In this document: positions 1-8,204 of the stretch, piece after piece | Position numbering within the stretch: position 1 is the stretch's first letter | How the letters are laid out: every line of letters begins with the position of its first letter | Source: Acidimicrobiia bacterium | GTDB lineage: Bacteria > Actinomycetota > Acidimicrobiia > Spongiisociales > JAHEDJ01 | Reading direction: 5' to 3' | Length of the DNA stretch: 38,054 nt | Assembly: GCA_029210695.1 (NCBI GenBank) | Contig: JARGFH010000036.1 | Span: forward strand, 1-38,054 | The notes under the pieces: model-generated | Told to the model about the DNA's origin: nothing | Databases searched by the model: none | What the model saw: the letters and a program-made list of their open reading frames with translations, nothing else | Position numbers and translations under genes: made by a program

Positions 1-76
1 TCCAGTGTGACCGAAAACGACCTCGAACGCGAGCACCCCCGACCCACAACCACCAACTTTTTCGGCAGCCACCTAG
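1..76 (+). mobile_element. Probable right end of an insertion sequence (IS5/IS1182-like), truncated by the window edge
   Basis: TTTTTCGGCAGCCAC (58-72) directly followed by CTAG (73-76) resembles the ends of CTAG-targeting IS elements. The translated sequence switches here from low-complexity to SirB1-like. Confidence 0.5.
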
Positions 77-336
77 TGTATGTCGACGGCCAGCTCTGCG
101 ATCCCTTCCACGGCGGCGAGGCGATCGGATCCGACGAAGCGGCAGCCCTGGTGAGCTATGCGCTGGGAGGAGCGCCGCGGCTCGATCGCAGCTGGCTGGA
201 GGCGGTGCCGGACCATTTGATCGTTGAGCGCATGCTGCGCAACCTCAACGACGCCTACCGCCGATCAGGCGATCTCGAGCACTGGGATTGGATCGCGGCA
301 TGTCTCACCGCGCTCGGAGTCGGGCCGGCTGAGTAA
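73..336 (+). pseudogene. C-terminal part of a SirB1/transglutaminase-like protein, apparently interrupted at 73-76
   Basis: LVYVDGQLCDPFHGG...IVERMLRNLNDAY matches the SirB1-type DPF.GG and RML.NL motifs. The expected upstream PGHF segment is replaced by the IS-like end. Confidence 0.6.
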
Positions 337-349
337 CGGGAAGCTGTCC

Positions 350-634
350 CTAGCCGGCGGTCAGGCGTTCGATTTCGGCGGCCAGACTCGCGTCCTTTTC
401 GGTCAAGCCGCCTTGGTCGTGCGTTGAGAGGGCAATCGTCACGCGATTCCAACGGATATCTATATCGGGATGATGAAAACTCTTCTCGGCCAGAATCGCC
501 ACGCTGGAGACGAATCCCATCGCGGCGACGAAGTCGGTGAAGGCAAACGTCCTCAGAAGGATCTCGCCGTCGATCTCCCAGCCGGGGTGTTCGGAGAGGA
601 ATGCGGAGCGTTCGGGGTGCGTGAGAAGGGCCAT
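350..634 (-). CDS. phhB: Pterin-4-alpha-carbinolamine dehydratase
   Basis: AE..HHPDIDIRWNRV.I.LSTHDQGGLTEKD signature, 94 aa, ATG at 634. Confidence 0.93.
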   Translation of the reverse strand: MALLTHPERSAFLSEHPGWEIDGEILLRTFAFTDFVAAMGFVSSVAILAEKSFHHPDIDIRWNRVTIALSTHDQGGLTEKDASLAAEIERLTAG

Positions 635-733
635 GCGCGGATTGTTGCACATCGGCCGCGATATGGATCACCCTCGACACTGGCCCGGTTCGGCGGTCGC
701 GCCCGCAGGTTAGGGCTGATCTAGTCTCAACCC

Positions 734-1219
734 ATGTCCGATCTCAACACCCCCGAGAAGGAAACGCTCTCTCGCTACCTGGACACCTATCGGGGCATCA
801 TGGCCTACAAGGCAGCAGGTGTAGACAGAGAGGCTGCCGCGGCGCCGATGGTCCCGTCGGGAACATCGTTGCTGGGGATCGTCAAGCACATGGCATACGT
901 GGAACGTTGGTGGTTCCAGGCGGTGCTTGGTCGCCGTGACGTCGAATTCCCGTGGTCTGAGGACGACCCCGATGCCGACTGGAGGATCGAAACCGACGAG
1001 TCGGTCGAAGGCGTTACTGAGTTCTACCTCGGCGAATGCGAGGTGAGCAGGGCGATACTCGACCCGATCGGCTCGCTCGATGAGGTGTTTCCACACGATG
1101 GTGGAGAGATCTCAGCCCGCCGCGTCGTGATCCACATGCTCGAGGAAACCGCCCGGCACGCCGGCCACGCAGACATACTCCCTGAATTGATCGACGGATC
1201 AACAGGCTGGGGTCCGTAG
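734..1219 (+). CDS. DinB/DUF664-family protein
   Basis: SLLGIVKHMAYVERWWF and HMLEETARHAGHADI three-His motif. TAGTCT -10 lies 6 nt before the ATG. Confidence 0.88.
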   Translation: MSDLNTPEKETLSRYLDTYRGIMAYKAAGVDREAAAAPMVPSGTSLLGIVKHMAYVERWWFQAVLGRRDVEFPWSEDDPDADWRIETDESVEGVTEFYLGECEVSRAILDPIGSLDEVFPHDGGEISARRVVIHMLEETARHAGHADILPELIDGSTGWGP

Positions 1220-1261
1220 TCCGGATCGCATCGTGCGCCGGGATTGATGCGCGCCTGTCGG

Positions 1262-2371
1262 TCAGGGTGGGTCGCGCCGTGATGGTGTGAAGCGGAGCCG
1301 GCCTGGCGGGGATTCAGGGTCGATTTCGAAGCCCATTTGGTGGATTACCACATGGTGGTGAAACCAGCACAGAGTCGTGAGGTTGCTGGCGTTGGTTTGT
1401 CCGCCCTGCGACCAGGGGAGCCGGTGGTGGGGTTGGAGCCGGTAGCGGGAAGTGCATCCGTCTGCACAGCAGCCGCCGTCCCGGTAGAGGATGAACCGTT
1501 TGAGTCTGGGTGGGATGACTCTGGTGGTGCGTCCCTGATCGTGAGGTTGGCCGTCTGTGATGACAGTGTGTTCGACTGAACCAGCGCAAAGAATCTCCTC
1601 GATCGTGGAAACGCCGACCTGGATACCCGATGAAGTGACCGAACCGGCTTGGCCGTGTGAGGAGGCTGCCAGGTTTCCGTTGGTGAATACCGACAAGATC
1701 GGTCCGTTGGAGGTGGTGTCACCTGATGAGGCGGTGAGCGAGTCCTGGGCGATCGAGACCAGGGCGTCGGCGTTGCGCTGACCCAACGAACCCCGTGTGC
1801 CGTCGGGCAGGAGCGGGAACTGGTCGCCCCGACCGTGGAGGGCTAGTTCAACGAGGTCTCCGTCCATGCCGGGGAGCTGTCCCCATAGTCGGACAGCGCG
1901 GCGATCCAGGGTTGGTTGGAGCATCAAGAACCGATCTGAGAAGATCCGGTGACCTTCGTGGCGGGGGATCCGCCGCTGTTGAGCCGTGAGCCTTCGGACC
2001 CCGGGAATGTCTAATCCGGCGGAGAGTCCGACACTCCGGGGGGAAGCGCCGGCTGTGCCCAATCTTGCGGTAGCCAAAATCCGGTCAAACGACGATCTTC
2101 CCGCCGCGAGTGATTCCTCGAGTTCCGGCTGATCGGCCAACATCCGGGTCGCTGTGACCAAATCCTTGGCCGTTTCGGGGGCGATGTCGAGTCGTCCGGC
2201 CGTCCACTCTCCGAGTGAACGGCACCCATCAGCAGATGGCACCTGGCGGTGGTCGGCCTCCCGCAACAATCCGACCTGGCGGGCCCGAGCCTGCGCCACA
2301 AACGACTCGAGCTCAGCCAACTGTTGTTCCAGCTCATCAGTGGTCAGATTGTCGAATGCTCGGGTCTTCAT
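1262..2371 (-). CDS. DUF222 plus HNH endonuclease (13E12-repeat-like protein)
   Basis: DGCRSLGEW N-terminal motif, QRNADALV, and a C-terminal RDGGC..GC...HH..PWSQGG.T..SNL..LC.FHH..IH HNH domain. Confidence 0.9.
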   Translation of the reverse strand: MKTRAFDNLTTDELEQQLAELESFVAQARARQVGLLREADHRQVPSADGCRSLGEWTAGRLDIAPETAKDLVTATRMLADQPELEESLAAGRSSFDRILATARLGTAGASPRSVGLSAGLDIPGVRRLTAQQRRIPRHEGHRIFSDRFLMLQPTLDRRAVRLWGQLPGMDGDLVELALHGRGDQFPLLPDGTRGSLGQRNADALVSIAQDSLTASSGDTTSNGPILSVFTNGNLAASSHGQAGSVTSSGIQVGVSTIEEILCAGSVEHTVITDGQPHDQGRTTRVIPPRLKRFILYRDGGCCADGCTSRYRLQPHHRLPWSQGGQTNASNLTTLCWFHHHVVIHQMGFEIDPESPPGRLRFTPSRRDPP

Positions 2372-2399
2372 GTGGGCAACATATCAACCGGCTGTGACA
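2372..2399 (-). promoter_or_regulatory. PafBC/RecA-NDp-type DNA-damage promoter, leaderless
   Basis: Minus strand reads TGTCAC-N10-TATGTT-N6-ATG; the mycobacterial consensus is TGTCRG-N10-TAnnnT. Confidence 0.6.
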
Positions 2400-2420
2400 G
2401 AAAAAGATGGGGAACAGCCG

Positions 2421-2496
2421 GTAGGGGGCGCCTTGATGAAGGTTGCCCCCTCTGCCTTGGGGGCTCGGCATCTCCCCCACGTTGCCGTGGGGGAGA
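2421..2496. repeat. Compound REP-like palindromes
   Basis: GTAG-led imperfect hairpin AGGGGGCG-CCTT-GATG-AAGG-TT-GCCCCCT (2421-2451), and a perfect 11-bp stem TCTCCCCCACG-ttgc-CGTGGGGGAGA (2471-2496). Confidence 0.55.
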
Positions 2497-2749
2497 AACG
2501 CGTGGGTGGGGGGAGTTTGGGGAATCGGGGTGGCTTTGTTTGTGTCGAGGACTCTGTGCGAGTTCGAGTGATCTCGCAGGCTTCGCGTTCTTGCACTCTC
2601 TCCTTGCGTCCTATCCCAGCTTCCGCTGAGGGAGGTGGTCTGCTGCTGATGCAGCAGGGCGGAAAGGGCACCCAACACCGCTCTAGCGCGGCATCAGCGC
2701 GACGCAAATGCGGACATTCAACCGGCCATGCACCGGGTACCCTTCGCCA

Positions 2750-3466
2750 ATGGCAATCCGACACGACCAGGGAATCGTTCTGCGGGGGTACCCGTTCGGG
2801 GAATCCGATCGTGTCGTGATCATTCTCTCGCCGAATCACGGGAAGCTTCGTACGGTCGCCAAAGGTGTGCGCAAGACCAAGAGCCGGTTCGGCGGCAGGC
2901 TCGAGCCGCTGACCCAGGTGGACCTCGTGCTCTACGAAGGTCGCAATCTGGACACGATCACACAGGTTTCGACCATCGAGGCCTTCCCGCACGTTCGGGA
3001 CGATCTGGAGCGGGTGGGCATTGCCGGTGCGATGCTCTCGGTGGTCGATGCGGTCGCTCAGGAGAACGAGTCGGCACACCGGCTCTTCCTGCTGCTCCAT
3101 AGGTCCCTGCGCGTACTCAACGACGGTCCGGCCGACCCGGGCTTGCTGACGGCCTTCTATCTGAAGCTCGCCGCCCTGGTCGGGGTCGCCCCGGCGCTCG
3201 CCGATTGCGCCAGTTGCGGTGGTCACGTCGACGTTGAACGCTTCAGCTTCGCCGCCGGGGGAGTCGTGTGCAGCCGGTGTGCGACTCCCGATTCGGTGAA
3301 GTTGCGCCCCGGGTTGCTCGACTATCTCGCCTTTCTCGCCGGGAGCGAATTGGCTTCATTGCCCGAGAACGGTGGGTTGGCCGGGGATGGTCAGGGTCTG
3401 GTGAGGCGCTTTCTCGAATATCACCTCGAGCGCAAGTTCACGGTGGCGGAGGTGCCGGGTGGATGA
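2750..3466 (+). CDS. recO: DNA repair protein RecO
   Basis: GIVLR..FGESDRVV...GKLR.VAKGVRKTKSRFGGRLEP and a C4 zinc site (CASC...CSRC). TACCCT lies 6 nt before the ATG. Confidence 0.96.
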   Translation: MAIRHDQGIVLRGYPFGESDRVVIILSPNHGKLRTVAKGVRKTKSRFGGRLEPLTQVDLVLYEGRNLDTITQVSTIEAFPHVRDDLERVGIAGAMLSVVDAVAQENESAHRLFLLLHRSLRVLNDGPADPGLLTAFYLKLAALVGVAPALADCASCGGHVDVERFSFAAGGVVCSRCATPDSVKLRPGLLDYLAFLAGSELASLPENGGLAGDGQGLVRRFLEYHLERKFTVAEVPGG

Positions 3467-4196
3467 CCTCGACACCTCCCGGCTGGATCTCGAGCGGATC
3501 CCGCGCCACGTCGGCGTGATCATGGATGGCAACGGGCGATGGGCGGGTGACCGCGGACTCGAACGGACGGCCGGACATGCCGCCGGAGAGGCCGCATTGT
3601 ACGACTGTGCCCTCGGCGCACTCGAGATCGGCGTGGAATGGTTGACGGTCTTCACCTTCTCAACGGAGAACTGGTCTCGCTCGGCAGAGGAGGTCCAATT
3701 CTTGATGCTGTTCAACGAAGATCTGCTCGGAAGGCGCCGGGACGATTTGCACGAGCGTGGCGTGAGGATGTTCTTCGCCGGTGACCTCGACGATCCCCGG
3801 ATTCCGCAGAGCAACAAGGATCGCATGCGCGAAGCGATGGAGCTTACCGCTGCCAACCGCCGGCTCAACCTGGTGTTCGCTTTCAACTACGGAGGACGTT
3901 CCGAGATCGTTCGGGCTGCCGGAGAGATCGCCAGTCTGAGCGCAAGCGGCGAGATCATCCCGGCGGAGGTAGACGCCGAGATGGTGCAGGCTCATCTGGC
4001 GGTTCCTGGCATGCCTGATGCCGACCTGATCATTCGCACCTCCGGAGAGCAGAGGATCAGCAACTTCCTGCTCTGGCAGTCGGCCTATGCAGAATACGTG
4101 TTTCCCGAGATCCTGTGGCCCGACTTTCGTCAGCAGGACCTGGTCGATTGCATAGCGGAGTACCAGTCGAGAAAGCGCCGGTTCGGGAGGGCGTAG
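3459..4196 (+). CDS. uppS: Undecaprenyl/polyprenyl diphosphate synthase (cis-prenyltransferase)
   Basis: PRHVGVIMDGNGRWA, FSTENWSR, NYGGRSEI, IRTSGEQRISNFLLWQSAYAE. GTG start overlaps the recO end. Confidence 0.97.
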   Translation: MDDLDTSRLDLERIPRHVGVIMDGNGRWAGDRGLERTAGHAAGEAALYDCALGALEIGVEWLTVFTFSTENWSRSAEEVQFLMLFNEDLLGRRRDDLHERGVRMFFAGDLDDPRIPQSNKDRMREAMELTAANRRLNLVFAFNYGGRSEIVRAAGEIASLSASGEIIPAEVDAEMVQAHLAVPGMPDADLIIRTSGEQRISNFLLWQSAYAEYVFPEILWPDFRQQDLVDCIAEYQSRKRRFGRA

Positions 4197-4300
4197 GACG
4201 CCGACGGGTCGCGACCGTCAGACTGGCGGCCGGCCAGGGGTGACCGGCGACCAATCCCGGCGCCTATGATCTTCCGACCAACCCACAGGGATTGTTTCTC

Positions 4301-5608
4301 ATGACCATCACGCTCGACACCATCACCAATCTGTCCAAACGACGCGGGTTCGTGTTTCCCTCATCCGAGATCTACGGCGGGCTCCGGTCCGCCTACGACT
4401 ACGGACCCCTGGGTGTGCAGTTGCTTCGCAACGTCAAGGAGCAGTGGTGGCGTTCGATGGTGCAGCTGCGCAGCGACGTGGTCGGGCTCGATTCAGCGGT
4501 ATTGCAGGCCAGGAAGGTCTGGCAGGCCTCAGGCCACGAGGCGGTGTTTACCGATCCGATGGTGGAATGCAGGAATTGCCACACTCGCCATCGAGTCGAC
4601 AAGCTGACCGATCCGGATCTGTGTCCGAACTGCGGGCAGCGAGGGCAGTTCACCGAGGCCCGGGACTTCAACCTCATGTTCCGTACCAACATGGGCCCGG
4701 TAGACAGCGACGAGAACCTGGTGTACCTGCGCCCGGAAACCGCCCAGGGGATCTTCATCAACTACGAGAATGTTCGAACGACCCAGCGCCTCAAGCTGCC
4801 CTTCGGGATTGCACAGGTGGGAAAATCCTTTCGCAACGAGATAACGCCGGGCCAGTTCGTGTTCCGGACCCGCGAGTTCGAGCAGATGGAGATGGAGTAT
4901 TTCTGCCGGCCTGAGGAGGCGGGGCAATGGTTCGAGTACTGGATCGAGATCCGATCTGAGTGGTATCGCAATCTGGGAATGAACGAGAACAACTTGCGAA
5001 TTCGCAAACACGACGACGACGAGCTGTCGCACTACTCGGCCGGCACCGTCGACGTCGAGTATCGCTTTCCGTGGGGTTGGGACGAGCTCGAGGGGATCGC
5101 CAATCGCACCGATTTCGATCTACGGCAGCACACCGAGCACAGCGGCCAGGACCTGCGGTACTACGACCAGGAGGCAGATCTCCGCTTCTTCCCTTACGTG
5201 ATCGAACCGGCCGCCGGGGCGACCCGCACAACTTTCGCGTTCCTGATCGACGCCTACGATGAAGAAGAGGTGCGCGGCGAGAAGCGGGTCGTTCTGCGGC
5301 TCGATCACCGGCTGGCGCCCTATCAGCTCGCCGTCTTGCCGTTGTCCAAGAAGCGAGAGCTGACCGAGGGAGCGGAACGGGTGGCCGCCACGCTGCGGCC
5401 GCTCTACAACCTCGAGGTCGACGTCACCCAGGCGATCGGTCGCCGTTACCGGCGTCAAGACGAGATCGGGACCCCCTACTGCATCACCTATGACTTCGAT
5501 TCGATTGAAGATGCGGCAGTAACGGTGCGCGATCGGGACACGATGGAGCAAGACCGTGTGTCGATCGACCGCCTCGAGGAGTATCTGAGGACGAAGCTGA
5601 CGGCCTGA
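4301..5608 (+). CDS. glyQS: Glycine--tRNA ligase (alpha2 type)
   Basis: KRRGFVFPSSEIYGG, YLRPETAQGIF, GKSFRNEITPGQFVFRTREFEQME, IGRRYRRQDEIGTP. Confidence 0.98.
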   Translation: MTITLDTITNLSKRRGFVFPSSEIYGGLRSAYDYGPLGVQLLRNVKEQWWRSMVQLRSDVVGLDSAVLQARKVWQASGHEAVFTDPMVECRNCHTRHRVDKLTDPDLCPNCGQRGQFTEARDFNLMFRTNMGPVDSDENLVYLRPETAQGIFINYENVRTTQRLKLPFGIAQVGKSFRNEITPGQFVFRTREFEQMEMEYFCRPEEAGQWFEYWIEIRSEWYRNLGMNENNLRIRKHDDDELSHYSAGTVDVEYRFPWGWDELEGIANRTDFDLRQHTEHSGQDLRYYDQEADLRFFPYVIEPAAGATRTTFAFLIDAYDEEEVRGEKRVVLRLDHRLAPYQLAVLPLSKKRELTEGAERVAATLRPLYNLEVDVTQAIGRRYRRQDEIGTPYCITYDFDSIEDAAVTVRDRDTMEQDRVSIDRLEEYLRTKLTA

Positions 5609-5640
5609 GTCGCGGGTCGCGGCGCCGTTCCAATTGCCAA

Positions 5641-5690
5641 TTGCTTTCTGCCAGTGGCGTTGGTTACCGTTCCTTCTGGAAGCGATTCCA
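5641..5690 (+). promoter_or_regulatory. Sigma70-type promoter with LacI-family operator
   Basis: TTGCTT (5641-46)-N18-TACCGT (5665-70). Palindrome TGGAAGCGATTCCA (5677-5690) has the central CG typical of LacI/GalR operators. Confidence 0.7.
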
Positions 5691-5703
5691 AGCAGGTGTC
5701 CCC

Positions 5704-6726
5704 GTGCCGACGATCTTTGATGTGGCGCAGGCGGCCGGAGTCGGTGTAGGTACCGTATCGCGGGTGCTCAACGACAGTCCGGCGGTGAGCGATGCCACGC
5801 GGTCCAAGGTGCAAGCGGTCATTTCCGACCTCGATTACCGACCGAGTTCGCTGGCGAGGGGACTCTCCCTCGGCACCACCAACATCATCGGAGCCGTCGT
5901 GCCGAAGGTGACGCGCCCCTCTTCGATGGAACGCCTGCGCGGCGTGCTCGACGAGTTGGGCGGATCCGGCTACGACCTCGCCCTCTACCAGGTGGACGGC
6001 GAAGAACAGCGTTCGTCCCGGATCCGGGATATCGTCCGGCCCGACCGGTGTTCTGCCGGTTTGCTCATCTCATTGCGGGCCGCTCCGGACGAGATCTTGG
6101 TGATGACGCAAGCGAAGCGACCTGTGGTGACGATTGATGGTCACATCGAAGGCCTTCCGGGTTGTCACATCGACAATGTTGCCGGCGGACGAATGGCGAC
6201 CGAGCATCTGCTCAGACTCGGCCACCGGGTGATCGCGTTCGTGGGAGATATCGAAGACGATCTCGGATTCAACCCGGGGGCGGCAAGGTTCGAGGGCTAC
6301 CAGGAGGCGTTGAGGGGACTTGGTATTGCGCGCCGCGACGATCTGATCAAGACGGGACCGCATAGTAGGGAGAGCGCCGACGAGTTGACCCGAGGACTCT
6401 TCGGTGCATCCGATCCGCCAACAGGCATCGTGGCCACCAGCGATACGCAGGCGTTCGGAGTGATGGCGGCCGTTCGTTCGCAGGGCCTCGAGGTACCCAC
6501 CGACGTCTCAGTGGTCGGGTTCGATGATCTAGAATTAGCAGGGCATCTGGGGCTCACCACCGTGCGGCAGCCTCTGTACGAATCCGGAGTGCTGGGCGCC
6601 CGAATGCTCCTACAACAGCTTGATGGACATCGAGATGGTTTGGACGTTGTGGAGTTGCCGCTCGAGGTAGTAGTGCGCGAGACCACAGCCCCACCGAGCA
6701 AAGGCTCAGCGCTTTATGGCGCATGA
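5704..6726 (+). CDS. LacI-family transcriptional regulator
   Basis: TIFDVAQAAGVGVGTVSRVLN HTH, VPTDVSVVGFDD, LTTVRQP. GTG start. Confidence 0.95.
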   Translation: MPTIFDVAQAAGVGVGTVSRVLNDSPAVSDATRSKVQAVISDLDYRPSSLARGLSLGTTNIIGAVVPKVTRPSSMERLRGVLDELGGSGYDLALYQVDGEEQRSSRIRDIVRPDRCSAGLLISLRAAPDEILVMTQAKRPVVTIDGHIEGLPGCHIDNVAGGRMATEHLLRLGHRVIAFVGDIEDDLGFNPGAARFEGYQEALRGLGIARRDDLIKTGPHSRESADELTRGLFGASDPPTGIVATSDTQAFGVMAAVRSQGLEVPTDVSVVGFDDLELAGHLGLTTVRQPLYESGVLGARMLLQQLDGHRDGLDVVELPLEVVVRETTAPPSKGSALYGA

Positions 6727-6751
6727 GCAGACCCTATTAGGGTTGGCAATT

Positions 6752-6769
6752 GGGAATCACCTGATTCCC
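6752..6769. promoter_or_regulatory. Perfect palindrome upstream of the sugar-binding protein gene
   Basis: GGGAATCA-CC-TGATTCCC just before the AAGGAGG Shine-Dalgarno. Confidence 0.4.
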
Positions 6770-6792
6770 GGAAGAAGGAGGAGTCATACTCC

Positions 6793-8112
6793 ATGAAGAA
6801 AACAAGATGGATATCACTATTCGTCGCGTTGCTGCTGCTGGCAGCCGCGTGCGGCAGTGGCGACTCAACGGATACGACGGTAGCCGAGAAGCCGGTAGTC
6901 AATGTATTCGGCGCGTTCTCGGGTGTCGAGGCCACCGCGGTGCAAGAAGTCATCGACGCCGAACTCAGCTCGAAAGATTACAGCGCTGTGTACGAGGGTT
7001 CAGACAGCTTCGAGGAGCAGATCAAGATTCGGGTCGACGGCGGCAACCCGCCCGACATCGCTCTTTATCCGCAACCTGGTGCACTCGTTCAGCAGGCTGA
7101 AGCCGGCAAGTTGATTGCGCTCGAGGATCTCGGGTTCGATATGGCCGCGCTAGAAGCCACGTTCGGGAAGTACCTGCTGTCACTGGCTGAAGTCGACGGC
7201 AAGCACTACGGATTGCCGACCAATACCAACTTGAAGAGCCTCATCTGGTACCCGCTTCCCGAATTCACGGACGCCGGATATGAGGTTCCCACCACCTGGG
7301 ATGAGCTGATCACCCTCAGCGACAAGATCGTCGCCGACGGCGGTACGCCCTGGTGCATCGGCACCGGAAGCGATGCAGCAACCGGATGGACCGCCACCGA
7401 CTGGATGGAGGACATCATGCTCCGTACCGCGGGGTCTGATGCCTACGACCAGTGGGTGTCGGGCGACTTGCCCTTCGCCAGCCCTGAGGTGAAGCGGGCG
7501 GCGGAGCTGCTGGGCCAGATTGTCTTCACTGAAGGCTATGTGCTCGGTGGCGCAGCGGCCATCCCCGATATCGACTTCCGTGATGCGCCGGATCCGATGT
7601 TCAACAATCCGCCTAGCTGCTTCCTGCACCGGCAAGCGTCGTTCATCACCCAGTTCTTCAATGTTCCTGGTGAAGAAGAAGGCGCTTCCGGCCTCGAAGC
7701 CGGCGTCGACTACGGCGTCTTCGCCTTCCCCGACATCGATCCCGGTGTCAAGGGTGCTCTGGGCGCCGGTGAGCTGGCGGCAGTCTTCGTCGATCGGCCC
7801 GAGATCCGCGAATTCCTCAACGACTTCACGTCTACGGAAGTCCAGTGTGCGCAGGGAGCAAGTGCCGCTGGTCGTATCTCACCGAACACGAACGTCGGCG
7901 CCGACTGCTATCGCGACGACATTCTGGCCACGGCCTCGGAGGCAATTGTGGCCGCCCTCGCTACCGAAGGCTTCCGGTTCGATGCGTCGGACCTGATGCC
8001 CTCAGAGGTCGGATCCGGTCAGTTCTGGACCGGCATGAATGTCTACATGCGTGAAGGTCCCGATTCGCTCGACAAGGTGCTGGCAGACATCGACGCTGCC
8101 TGGCCCAGGTAG
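6793..8112 (+). CDS. aglE: Alpha-glucoside ABC transporter substrate-binding lipoprotein (AglE-like)
   Basis: Lipobox LAAAC; GNPPDIALYPQPG, PWCIG..S.AATGW..TDWMED, RFDASDLMP.EVG.G.FW. Confidence 0.85.
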   Translation: MKKTRWISLFVALLLLAAACGSGDSTDTTVAEKPVVNVFGAFSGVEATAVQEVIDAELSSKDYSAVYEGSDSFEEQIKIRVDGGNPPDIALYPQPGALVQQAEAGKLIALEDLGFDMAALEATFGKYLLSLAEVDGKHYGLPTNTNLKSLIWYPLPEFTDAGYEVPTTWDELITLSDKIVADGGTPWCIGTGSDAATGWTATDWMEDIMLRTAGSDAYDQWVSGDLPFASPEVKRAAELLGQIVFTEGYVLGGAAAIPDIDFRDAPDPMFNNPPSCFLHRQASFITQFFNVPGEEEGASGLEAGVDYGVFAFPDIDPGVKGALGAGELAAVFVDRPEIREFLNDFTSTEVQCAQGASAAGRISPNTNVGADCYRDDILATASEAIVAALATEGFRFDASDLMPSEVGSGQFWTGMNVYMREGPDSLDKVLADIDAAWPR

Positions 8113-8132
8113 AACAACTGAATAGATAACCC

Positions 8133-8162
8133 ACGAGGGGCGGCGACGGCGCCGCCCCTCGT
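8133..8162 (+). terminator. Intercistronic 13-bp hairpin (attenuator or mRNA stabiliser)
   Basis: ACGAGGGGCGGCG-acgg-CGCCGCCCCTCGT between the binding-protein and permease genes; no U-tract. Confidence 0.65.
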
Positions 8163-8204
8163 CGTGTAGTCTCCCGCTTGCTATTCGACGGGAGGAGTAG
8201 GCCA

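Noticed and set aside
2352..2367. LexA (SOS) box at the HNH gene start
   Set aside because: Only one degenerate half-site (ATTCGA); the other half does not match TCGAAC.
1262..2371. Cas9/IscB or anti-phage HNH effector
   Set aside because: No RuvC motifs, array or partner genes; the architecture is the common actinobacterial DUF222-HNH.
2504..2530. Functional G-quadruplex
   Set aside because: Four G-runs are present, but such tracts are common at this GC content and there is no independent support.
4197..4300. T-box riboswitch upstream of glyQS
   Set aside because: Only about 100 nt, no T-box consensus, and a TATGAT -10 lies about 30 nt from the start.
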